Below are positions 13,047 to 25,500 of a stretch of DNA of 64,000 nucleotides, piece by piece. Each line of letters starts with the position of its first letter. The stretch's first letter is position 1. A model generated the notes under the pieces. The model searched no databases. It was not told the origin of the DNA and saw only the letters and a list, made by a program, of their open reading frames with translations. The position numbers were made by a program, and so were the translations under genes. The DNA is from Ostrea edulis (taxonomy: Eukaryota): assembly GCF_947568905.1 (NCBI RefSeq), contig NC_079165.1, positions 46,562,001 through 46,626,000 on the forward strand. Direction: 5' to 3'.

Positions 13047-14149
13047 ACCGTTATACCATTCTCTCACTAGATAGAAGTGCAAATTAATTGCTAGAACCGA
13101 CGGAAGCTGAAAGTGAATTTCCAGACCTGAATTATGAAGGGCAGATCTGAGACTCAGTGAGGGCATTAGTCCAAGTATTCAGCCGAGCCGAAATTACCTC
13201 AACCACATGTTAATAATATTTATATAATGCAAGCATCCTCATTATGTAATGTAAACACCATCAACTTGTGGTCTTAACAGGGCCACAAGAGGGGTTTAAA
13301 AGTATAGGCATATATATATATATGAAAATTCTTTGAATTAAGATCTTCATGAAAGGCCCGTTACTGTAACTCAGTCGCTCCAATTATATGTAATGAAAAT
13401 CAGAGAGTACTTCAGCATTTCTACAATAGTTGAAGACAAAATTTCTCTAAATTTGTGTCTGGGGTACAGGAATATCTCCTTTTTTGTAATGAAGAAAGTG
13501 CGTGCATTCTAGTACATAATGAAACTGATAAGGTGAATGATGGGGAACATCATTGTCGCGAGCCACGCCTATATTGTCCCCGTTTACGCTATTAGGGTAG
13601 GTACTACCGAACTCAGTAACCGTGGCTAACGACGATGGGGGAACATTAATTTCTTCTTTCAAGTTTGTCAGTTCTTAGTAGATATTAAATAGCCCCCTTT
13701 CAACATAAGGAGTATGGTCCGTTTTCACAGCTGTTTTACTCTTTAATCATTTTAATTTTGATTACTTTTAAGTACCGAAAATTTATGGGATATGTTATTT
13801 AAAAACATTTCAGACGAATGATACCGGTATAAAAGGCCTTATAATAATGCCAGGGTATCTTTCAGTATACATACCTAAAATCGAAATAAATCGAAAACAA
13901 ATTAAAAAAGATTTTTTATTATATTTAGTCACCAATGTTTGAGGTCTCAATAAAAATACCAATCTGACTAAAGATTGTAAAAATACAAGCATAAAAATAT
14001 CATTACACTTACATCAGCACAAAATAATGAAATAGAGGGCCTCCATGTCCACTTCTTTTTATGTTTGATAACGTGGTCAAACAATCGAGGGGGAAATATA
14101 ATAAATTAAAACAAACTATATATACATGTACCACAACGCTCACCTGGAT

Positions 14150-14280
14150 CATCATATGAACCTCGTAACGGTACAGTCTCCATACATTATGATCCCAAAC
14201 ATACCAATTAACCAGGGGGCCGTGTTTGTCCAACTCTTGATTTTGTATTCCTTATAGCAGTTATGAAATCGATCACTTCC
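14150..14280 (+). mobile_element. Terminal fragment of the Penelope-like family
   Basis: GGGCCGTGTTTGTCCAACTCTTGATTTTGTATTCCTTATAGCAGTTATGAAATCGATCAC matches the reverse complement of the terminal repeat at 44065-44150 and 62210-62290. Confidence 0.5.
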
Positions 14281-15234
14281 TTCAACAACCATGGCTGCCA
14301 AAGTGAACGTGATTAGTTTGATAATGTGATTGAAACTTTAGTCTTCAGGAATGCAAGATTTACTAAAGAAAATAGTGACATATCCACGCCATTTCCTATT
14401 CATCCACACCTTTAGGAGAGGACGTGGTCCGATTTTGACAAAAGCTAATACTCCCTTTTTAAAAAAAGAATCGTTTGTGTAAGTTTGTTGAAATTCGCTT
14501 TGTGGTTTTCTCGAGGTTTAAAATGTACAAAGATTATACAGAAAAACATGCAACAGCTGGCTCACCCTTTTCAATAACTGTTTTGACCGGTGTCGCATAA
14601 TTTCAATTTTACAGGAATTCTATAACATGAAAGGGGCTTTCGATTTAATGTTACGTCTCCATTTTAATTCTTAGATAGAGTGGCGAGGGCGGGGACAAAA
14701 GTACTCTCGTTTATATTTTGGATCCTATGGGGAAAATGTAGTGGAATGCAAATGCGGAAATGACTCGTGAGCTCGTGACACTAAACCGAGATTAGGCATT
14801 GAATGTCTCGGAACATCTAACTATAAAATTTTTGTTATCATTCCTGCAGGACTAGCCGTACAGGAAATCATAATTGGAACAATCTTGGATCCATATTGTA
14901 TATCGATTCTAGAATGTTTAATCGTCTAATAATAATTGCAACCTAGTTGCACTGCTCAAGAATATTTGTACGGATTTCCGCTATGCCCAAATGGAAAACT
15001 GCACTACAAATGTGGTTTCATCCTATGACCATGCAGAAATCCGTGATGAGGTGGACATTATTTTGCAGACTGACAACAGAAAAATCTCACTCAATATTCT
15101 TGCTCATACACATGTATGCTGAAAATAGTACATTACGTATCCATATATATACAAACGTGAGTAATTATATATTACTTGAAAATAATTCATAGAAATAGTA
15201 GAACAATCATAGGAAAATTTATTTCGATACTAGT

Positions 15235-15383
15235 TTATTTGTTTTCTTTGACACTCTTCTGTACGATGTCCAGTACTTTGTCGATACTGCCGTGATTTTC
15301 TCGAAGCAAGCACTGCAACCATCCTCCGTCATTATGAAATCCCATTGACATCATTTGCGTCAAAGATTCGTCAATTCTCGGGT
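15235..15383 (-). CDS. UBA-domain terminal exon of the p62 paralog (absent from the ORF track)
   Basis: Acceptor tttttgctattttAG; translates (D)PRIDESLTQMMSMGFHNDGGWLQCLLRENHGSIDKVLDIVQKSVKENK*, colinear with the p62 UBA (human [23 protein letters not shown]). Confidence 0.93.
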
Positions 15384-16478
15384 CTAAAATAGCAAAAATG
15401 ATCAAATATTGTTGGACGTGCTAGTGCAAACTTACGTATAGATTTGAGGGTGGATTTAATTACCATATAGATATTACTAAAATGTTGTTTGAGCAAATTT
15501 TACAGGCAATAATCTATGATGGGTTGCGGGTGGATTTTATTGAGGTGTTTTGACGATTATTTTATATACAAGGTTCCGCTCAATTTGTGGACTAAACAAC
15601 CAGTTGTTTTATACTTGACAGATATTTTCTACTTGGGGTTTACGTAGTAGTTACCCCATATGATATTGTTGGTTATGTGCAGCTGCACTTGTACCATAGT
15701 TTGACATGTCTTCTTTTGTTAGAAGTGTTGGTTATCTGTACATAACCCACACCTTTCTTCAAACCCCGCCCACAAACTCGAAACAACAACATCACTATCC
15801 ACTGTATGAAGTTCTTCCTGATCAAAATTGCCCATATCAAACATGGATAACTAACTCTTAGTTCGCCAAATAAATATTCGCACTCAATCTCATTTGAAGC
15901 TTAAGACAAGATAATATCGTCAGTAGTTTCGTCCCAAAGACTTCCTATTTCCATATTCTCCTCCATGTGTGCGAACAAGTTGAGAAACACGTGTAAGTAG
16001 AAATACAGGTATTTATAAAGATTTTTCTAAAAGACCCAGTCACGTGATAAGAACGCGTTTGAGAGATATACTTGTTTTGTGGACAGGGTGAACAGCGGCG
16101 GCCAATCAGACTTGTCGTGTTTCTTTTATGGTTCAGCGCCATACAATTCTTAATATTTTTTTCGCTTATGTTTCACCGATTTTTTTTAATTCATTGTATA
16201 TACATGTAAATGTTTTTCAGCCAATTTAGTCAAAATATGTATTACAATGAAGAATATCAAATAGGATTTTTAAAAGAGTAACTACCATCATCAATTAAAT
16301 ATGTTGCTAAATTTTTAAACAGAAAAATGCATAAATATGGGTTCTTTGAATTTTAATTGTATCTAATTTCAATTCTTTAAAGCAAATACGGGTACTAGAA
16401 GTCGTAAAATGAGTAAATGCGAAATAAAAATATCAAAACCAACAATCCTAACATTTATATGCATTTCAAAAAAAGTTT

Positions 16479-16509
<31 letters not shown>

Positions 16510-19500
16510 TAATGATCATACAATTTTTTGTCATAGAAAGTCATTTTAATAGAAATATATGGTGTACAAAGTGCAATGTAAAGACAAAAAAAAAAATAAA
16601 AAAAATAAAAAAAAAAATAGGAATCATATTGTAAACAGGCGACCGCGCTTCCGAAAGCTATAATAAAATATAATGAATAATAGTAAACTATGGTAGAAGT
16701 CACTTACCCCATATAATATTGTTGATTATGTTATTCAGATACCCGATGGGCGTGGTCATAAGGACACTCGGGAGCTACGCTCCCTCGTGTCCTTATGACC
16801 ACGCCCATCGGGTATCTGCACATAACCAACAATATTGTATGGGGTAACTACTACATAATCAACAATATTATATGGGGTAAGTGACTTGTACCATAGTTTA
16901 CTATTATTCGTTATATTTTATTATAGCTTTCGGAAGCGCGGTCGCCTGTTTACAATATGATGCCAATTGTTATGTATTTAAATTACACTTTGTACACCAT
17001 ACATTTCTATCATGATTACTTTCTATCACCGAAAAATGTATGTTCATTAATTGTTTTTAAAAAGCCGTTTTTAAAGTACATATAAATGTTTGGACTGTTG
17101 GTTTTGATATTTTTATTTAACATTTACGCATTCGTCGACTTTTAGTACCGGCATTGGCTTTAAGAATTGAAATTTAAAAATTCAAATAAAATTCTTAGAA
17201 CCCATATTCATGCATTTTTCTGTTTAAAAATTTAGCAATATATTCAACTGATGATGGTGGTTACTCTTTTGAAAATCCTATTTGATATCCTTCATTTTGA
17301 TACATATTTTGACTAAATTGGCTGGAAAAACATTTACATGTATATAAAATAGATTTTTAAAAAAGGTGAAACATAAGAGAGAAAAAATTAAGAATTATAA
17401 GATGCGAAACCATAAAAGAAACACAAGTCTGATTCACTCTGTCCGCTAAACAAGTTTATCTCTCAAACGCATTCTTATCACGTGACTGGGTCTTTTATAA
17501 AACTCTTTATAAATGCTACCCGTATTTCTACGTACACGTGTTTCTCGACTTGAGGAGAATATGGAAATAGAAAGTCGTTGGGACGAAACCATTGACGATA
17601 TTATCTTGTATCAAGGTTTAAGTGAGATTCAGTGCAAATATCTATAATGTATTTGGAGAACTTAGTCTGAGTGAGTTATCCATGTTTGATATGTGCAATT
17701 TTGATCTGGAGGAACTTCATACAGTGGACAGTGATGTTGTTTTATTCTTTCGAGAATGTGGGCGGGGTTTGAAGAAAAGTGTGGGTTATGTACAGATAAC
17801 CCACACTTTTAACAAAAGAAAGCACGCCAAACTATGGTACAATTGTATTTACACAGTCTTGTTTTACACATGCTGCTGCTTATATCAATAGCTGTAACAG
17901 CACAATACACCAGTATCACTAAAACGTCACTGCCATGTTTTCGTAAAATTGTACACACAGTTTCGTATTTTACTCTAGCATAATTTAGCTGATGACTAGC
18001 TGCGGTCACAACTCGTTGTGACGCAAAAATTATAACATTGGTGCTAAGCCTATGTTATTTTATGATTCATTACGTAAATTTGCCCAGAACTATAGTTTTG
18101 TCACCCTTGCCTTGTTCCACGTATGCCAGACATCATCTACTGTAGCTCACATTGTTTACTCATGGAATATAAATGGTTTGATAATGAAGTCTTTACTTAC
18201 AGTGAAAACAAATGTCCATTATAGTCCTGGTTGAATGATCCTTTTTGTATATGTCGAATTACTTGTATATTTTAAGTTGTACAAATGTTTACGATATATT
18301 TTTTTGAACCCGTGTGCTGTACGGCGTCGTAATTTGTTGTGATTGGTTGAACGTGTCCGTACAGTATTTCTATTGGTTAATTCCTATCATGTAACACTTA
18401 CAGAAAGGCTGAGCTAGCCATTATCGGCAGATAATTTGTCAGATGCAGGGCGCCAAAGTTTGAAGTCAACATTTACATGTATAGCTACCTTAGATAAGTA
18501 TACTAAGTGAAGGCAAGTCAAGATAGTGATCTCTAAACACAATGGATACCTGTTAATATTTTGTCAAACATTTTTGCCTATTCTATAGTCTAAATAACGT
18601 TACACAATGTCATAATCCCCACATTGCTGTTCAGTATAGAGATCACCAAAACAATCATATTGTTTTATGAATTATAAGAAGGTTTTGTCTTCTTTTAACA
18701 CCGCCTGTATCAGAGAGTGACCAGAAACTGATTAGCAAGATGTATTACGGTTATACTTTGTACTCCCTATTTAACAAATGGACATCCGCGGGGAGCTTAC
18801 AGTATTGTTTGAAGTATCCTGAACATGGAAATTCCCAAATGACTTATTTCATTGAATTTCGTAATCATTTTCAATTCAAAAAGGAGAAAAACGAGGAAAA
18901 TTTAGATGATTGGAATTCTATTATAGGACATAATGAGTACTTGTAGTTTTAACATTCTTCTTCGGACCGATGAATTGCAAACAGTAGTGCAATGTCAATA
19001 GTAAATCAAAATCACTTTATGTCACTGTAAGATAAATATGGAAAGCATCTGAAGGCATTTCAGAACATTTACTTAATACAGTACTAGTAGAAAACTATTC
19101 AATGAGACGAGGTGGTCAGCTAGGAGAGAAAATATGAATTATCACAGTCAGAGAGGACACTGGCAGCTAGGAGAGAAAATACGACTATCACAGACTGTGA
19201 GAGAGGACACTGTCAGCTAGGAGAGAACATGCGATTATCACAGACTGTCAGAGAGGACACTGTCAGTTAGGAGAGAAAATACGATTATCACCGACTGTCA
19301 GAGAGGACCATGTCAGCTAGGAGAGAAAATACGACTATCACATACTGTCAGAGAGAACAATGTCAGCTAGGAGAGAAAATCCGATTATCAGTCAGAGAGG
19401 ACACTGTCAGCTAGGAGAGAAAATACGATTATCAGAGACTGTCAGAGAAGATCATGACAGCTAGGAGAGAAAATACGACTATCACACACTGTCAGAGAGG

Positions 19501-22500
19501 ACCATGTCAGTTAGGAGAGAAAATACGATTATCAGTCAGAGAGGACACTGTCAGCTAGGAGAGAAAATACGACTATCACACACTGTCAGAGAGGACCATG
19601 TCAGCTAGGAGAGAAAATGCGATTATCACACACTGTCGGAGAGGACCATGTCAGCTAGGAGAGAAAATACGACTATCACAGACTGTCAGAGAGGACACTG
19701 TCAGCTAGGAGAGAAAATACGATTATCAGAGACTGTCAGAGAGGACACTGTCAGCTAGGAGAGAAAATGCGATTATCACACACTGTCAGAGAGGACCATG
19801 TCAGCTAGGAGAGAAAATGCGACTATCACAGACTGTCAGAGAGGACACTGTCAGCTAGGAGAGAAAATACGATTATCAGAGAGTGTCAGAGAGGACACTG
19901 TCAGCTAGGAGAGAAAATGCGATTATCACAGACTGTCGGAGAGGACCATGTCAGCTAGGAGAGAAAATACGACTATCACACACTGTCAGAGAGGACACTG
20001 TCAGTTAGGAGAGAAAATACGATTATCACAGACTTTCAGAGAGGACCATGTCAGCTAGGAGAGAAAATACGATTATCACAGACTGTCAGAGAGGACACTG
20101 TCAGCTAGGAGAGAAAATAGACTATCACACACTGTCAGAGAGGACACTGTCAGCTAGGAGAGAAAATACGACTATCACACACTGTCAGAGAGGACACTGT
20201 CAGCTAGGAGAGAAAATACGACTATCACACACTGTCAGAGAGGACAGTGTCAGCTAGGAGAGAAAACAAGATTATCACACAGTCAGAGAGGACCATGTCA
20301 GTTAGGAGAGAAAATACGACTATCACACACTGTCAGAGAGGACACTGCCAGCTAGGAGAGAAAATACGATTATCACAGACTGTCAGGGAGGACCATATCA
20401 GTTAGGAGAGAAAATACGACTATCACAGACTGTGAGAGAGGACACTGTCAGCTAGGAAAGAACATGCGATTATCACAGACTGTCAGAGAGGACCATGTCA
20501 GCTAGGAGAGAAAAAACGATCATCACAGACTGTCAGAGAGGACCATGTCAGCTAGGAGAGAAAATACGACTATCACAGACTGTCAGAGAGGACACTGTCA
20601 GTTAGGAGAGAAAATACGACTATCACACACTGTCAGAGAGGACACTGCCAGCTAGGAGAGAAAATACGATTATCACAGACTGTCAGGGAGGACCATATCA
20701 GTTAGGAGAGAAAATACGACTATCACAGACTGTGAGAGAGGACACTGTCAGCTAGGAAAGAACATGCGATTATCACAGACTGTCAGAGAGGACCATGTCA
20801 GCTAGGAGAGAAAAAACGATTATCACAGACTGTCATAGAGGACCATGTCAGCTAGGAGAGAAAATACGACTATCACAGACTGTCAGAGAGGACACTGTCA
20901 GTTAGGAGAGGACATACGATTATCACAGTCAGAGAGGACACTGTCAGCTAGGAGAGAACATGCGATTATCACAGACTGTCAGAGAGAAATACTGTCAGCT
21001 AGGAGAGAAAATACGACTATCACACACTGTCAGAGGACAAAGTCAGCTTGGAGAGAAAACAAGATTATCACACAGTCAGACAGGACACTGTCAGTTAGGA
21101 AAAAAAATACGACTATCACATACTGTCAGAGAGGGCACTGTCAGCTAGGAGAGAAAATACGATTATCAGAGACTGTCAGAGAAGATCATGACAGCTAGGA
21201 GAGAAAATACGACTATCACACACTGTCAGAGAGGACCATGTCAGTTAGGAGAGAAAATACGATTATCAGTCAGAGAGGACACTGTCAGCTAGGAGAGAAA
21301 ATACGACTATCACACACTGTCAGAGAGGACCATGTCAGCTAGGAGAGAAAATGCGATTATCACACACTGTCGGAGAGGACCATGTCAGCTAGGAGAGAAA
21401 ATACGACTATCACAGACTGTCAGAGAGGACACTGTCAGCTAGGAGAGAAAATACGATTATCAGAGACTGTCAGAGAGGACACTGTCAGCTAGGAGAGAAA
21501 ATGCGATTATCACACACTGTCAGAGAGGACCATGTCAGCTAGGAGAGAAAATGCGACTATCACAGACTGTCAGAGAGGACACTGTCAGCTAGGAGAGAAA
21601 ATACGATTATCAGAGAGTGTCAGAGAGGACACTGTCAGCTAGGAGAGAAAATGCGATTATCACAGACTGTCGGAGAGGACCATGTCAGCTAGGAGAGAAA
21701 ATACGACTATCACAGACTGTCAGAGAGGACACTGTCAGTTAGGAGAGAAAATACGATTATCACAGACTTTCAGAGAGGACCATGTCAGCTAGGAGAGAAA
21801 ATACGATTATCACAGACTGTCAGAGAGGACACTGTCAGCTAGGAGAGAAAATAGACTATCACACACTGTCAGAGAGGACACTGTCAGCTAGGAGAGAAAA
21901 TACGACTATCCCACACTGTCAGAGAGGACACTGTCAGCTAGGAGAGAAAATACGACTATCACACACTGTCAGAGAGGACAGTGTCAGCTAGGAGAGAAAA
22001 CAAGATTATCACACAGTCAGAGAGGACCATGTCAGTTAGGAGAGAAAATACGACTATCACACACTGTCAGAGAGGACACTGCCAGCTAGGAGAGAAAATA
22101 CGATTATCACAGACTGTCAGGGAGGACCATATCAGTTAGGAGAGAAAATACGACTATCACAGACTGTGAGAGAGGACACTGTCAGCTAGGAAAGAACATG
22201 CGATTATCACAGACTGTCAGAGAGGACCATGTCAGCTAGGAGAGAAAAAACGATTATCACAGACTGTCATAGAGGACCATGTCAGCTAGGAGAGAAAATA
22301 CGACTATCACAGACTGTCAGAGAGGACACTGTCAGTTAGGAGAGGACATACGATTATCACAGTCAGAGAGGACACTGTCAGCTAGGAGAGAACATGCGAT
22401 TATCACAGACTGTCAGAGAGAAATACTGTCAGCTAGGAGAGAAAATACGACTATCACACACTGTCAGAGGACAAAGTCAGCTTGGAGAGAAAACAAGATT

Positions 22501-25500
22501 ATCACACAGTCAGACAGGACACTGTCAGTTAGGAAAAAAAATACGACTATCACATACTGTCAGAGAGGGCACTGTCAGCTAGGAGAGAAAATACGATTAT
22601 CACACACTGTCAGAGAGGACCATGTCAGCTAGGAGAGAAAATGCGACTATCACAGACTGTCAGAGAGGACACTGTCAGCTAGGAGAGAAAATACGACTAT
22701 CACAGACTGTCAGAGAGGACACTGTCAGTTAGGAGAGGACATACGATTATCACAGTCAGAGAGGACACTGTCAGCTAGGAGAGAACATGCGATTATCACA
22801 GACTGTCAGAGAGAAATACTGTCAGCTAGGAGAGAAAATACGACTATCACACACTGTCAGAGGACAAAGTCAGCTTGGAGAGAAAACAAGATTATCACAC
22901 AGTCAGACAGGACACTGTCAGTTAGGAAAAAAAATACGACTATCACATACTGTCAGAGAGGGCACTGTCAGCTAGGAGAGAAAATACGATTATCACACAC
23001 TGTCAGAGAGGACACTGTCAGCTAGGAGAGAAAATACGATTATCAGAGACTGTCAGAGAGGACACTGTCAGCTAGGAGAGAAAATACGACTATCACAGAC
23101 TGTCAGAGAGAACACTGTCAGCTAGGAAAGAACATGCGATTATCACAGACTGTCAGAGAGAAACACTGTCAGCTAGGAGAGAAAATACGACTACCACACA
23201 CTGTCAGAGGACAAAGTCAGCTAGGAGAGAAAACAAGATTATCACGGTCAGAGAGGACACTGTCAGTTAGGAAAGAAAATACGACTATCACATACTGTCA
23301 GAGAGGACATTGTCAGCTAGGAAAGAAAATACGACTATCACACACTGTCAGAGAAGATCATGTCAGCTAGGAGAGAAAATACGACTATCACAGACTGTGA
23401 GAGAGGACACTGTCAGTTAAGAGAGAAAATACGATTATCAGTCAGAGAGGACACTGTCAGCTAGGAGAGAAAATACGATTATCAGAGACTGTCAGAGAGG
23501 ACACTGTCAGCTAGGAGAGAAAATGCGATTATCACACACTGTCGGAGAGGACCATGTCAGCTAGGAGAGAAAATACGACTATCACAGACTGTCAGAGAGG
23601 ACACTGTCAGCTAGGAGAGAAAATACGATTATCAGAGACTGTCAGAGAGGACACTGTCAGCTAGGAGAGAAAATGCGATTATCACACACTGTCAGAGAGG
23701 ACCATGTCAGCTAGGAGAGAAAATGCGACTATCACAGACTGTCAGAGAGGACACTGTCAGCTAGGAGAGAAAATACGATTATCAGAGAGTGTCAGAGAGG
23801 ACACTGTCAGCTAGGAGAGAAAATGCGATTATCACAGACTGTCGGAGAGGACCATGTCAGCTAGGAGAGAAAATACGACTATCACAGACTGTCAGAGAGG
23901 ACACTGTCAGTTAGGAGAGAAAATACGATTATCACAGACTTTCAGAGAGGACCATGTCAGCTAGGAGAGAAAATACGATTATCACAGACTGTCAGAGAGG
24001 ACACTGTCAGCTAGGAGAGAAAATAGACTATCACACACTGTCAGAGAGGACACTGTCAGCTAGGAGAGAAAATACGACTATCCCACACTGTCAGAGAGGA
24101 CACTGTCAGCTAGGAGAGAAAATACGACTATCACACACTGTCAGAGAGGACAGTGTCAGCTAGGAGAGAAAACAAGATTATCACACAGTCAGAGAGGACC
24201 ATGTCAGTTAGGAGAGAAAATACGACTATCACACACTGTCAGAGAGGACACTGCCAGCTAGGAGAGAAAATACGATTATCACAGACTGTCAGGGAGGACC
24301 ATATCAGTTAGGAGAGAAAATACGACTATCACAGACTGTGAGAGAGGACACTGTCAGCTAGGAAAGAACATGCGATTATCACAGACTGTCAGAGAGGACC
24401 ATGTCAGCTAGGAGAGAAAAAACGATTATCACAGACTGTCAGAGAGGACCATGTCAGCTAGGAGAGAAAATACGACTATCACAGACTGTCAGAGAGGACA
24501 CTGTCAGTTAGGAGAGGACATACGATTATCACAGTCAGAGAGGACACTGTCAGCTAGGAGAGAACATGCGATTATCACAGACTGTCAGAGAGAAATACTG
24601 TCAGCTAGGAGAGAAAATACGACTATCACACACTGTCAGAGGACAAAGTCAGCTTGGAGAGAAAACAAGATTATCACACAGTCAGACAGGACACTGTCAG
24701 TTAGGAAAAAAAATACGACTATCACATACTGTCAGAGAGGGCACTGTCAGCTAGGAGAGAAAATACGATTATCACACACTGTCAGAGAGGACACTGTCAG
24801 CTAGGAGAGAAAATACGATTATCAGAGACTGTCAGAGAGGACCATGTCAGCTAGGAGAGAAAATACGACTATCACAGACTGTCAGAGAGAACACTGTCAG
24901 CTAGGAAAGAACATGCGATTATCACAGACTGTCAGAGAGAAACACTGTCAGCTAGGAGAGAAAATACGACTACCACACACTGTCAGAGGACAAAGTCAGC
25001 TAGGAGAGAAAACAAGATTATCACGGTCAGAGAGGACACTGTCAGTTAGGAAAGAAAATACGACTATCACATACTGTCAGAGAGGACATTGTCAGCTAGG
25101 AAAGAAAATACGACTATCACACACTGTCAGAGAAGATCATGTCAGCTAGGAGAGAAAATACGACTATCACAGACTGTGAGAGAGGACACTGTCAGTTAAG
25201 AGAGAAAATACGATTATCAGTCAGAGAGGACACTGTCAGCTAGGAGAGAAAATACGATTATCAGAGACTGTCAGAGAGGACACTGTCAGCTAGGAGAGAA
25301 AATGCGATTATCACACACTGTCGGAGAGGACCATGTCAGCTAGGAGAGAAAATACGATTATCACAGACTGTCAGAGAGGACACTGTCAGCTAGGAGAGAA
25401 AATAGACTATCACACACTGTCAGAGAGGACACTGTCAGCTAGGAGAGAAAATACGACTATCCCACACTGTCAGAGAGGACACTGTCAGCTAGGAGAGAAA

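Noticed and set aside
13183-13197. 13-mer AGCCGAGCCGAAA shared with 27945-27958
   Set aside because: Matches of this length are expected by chance in 64 kb; the flanks do not align.
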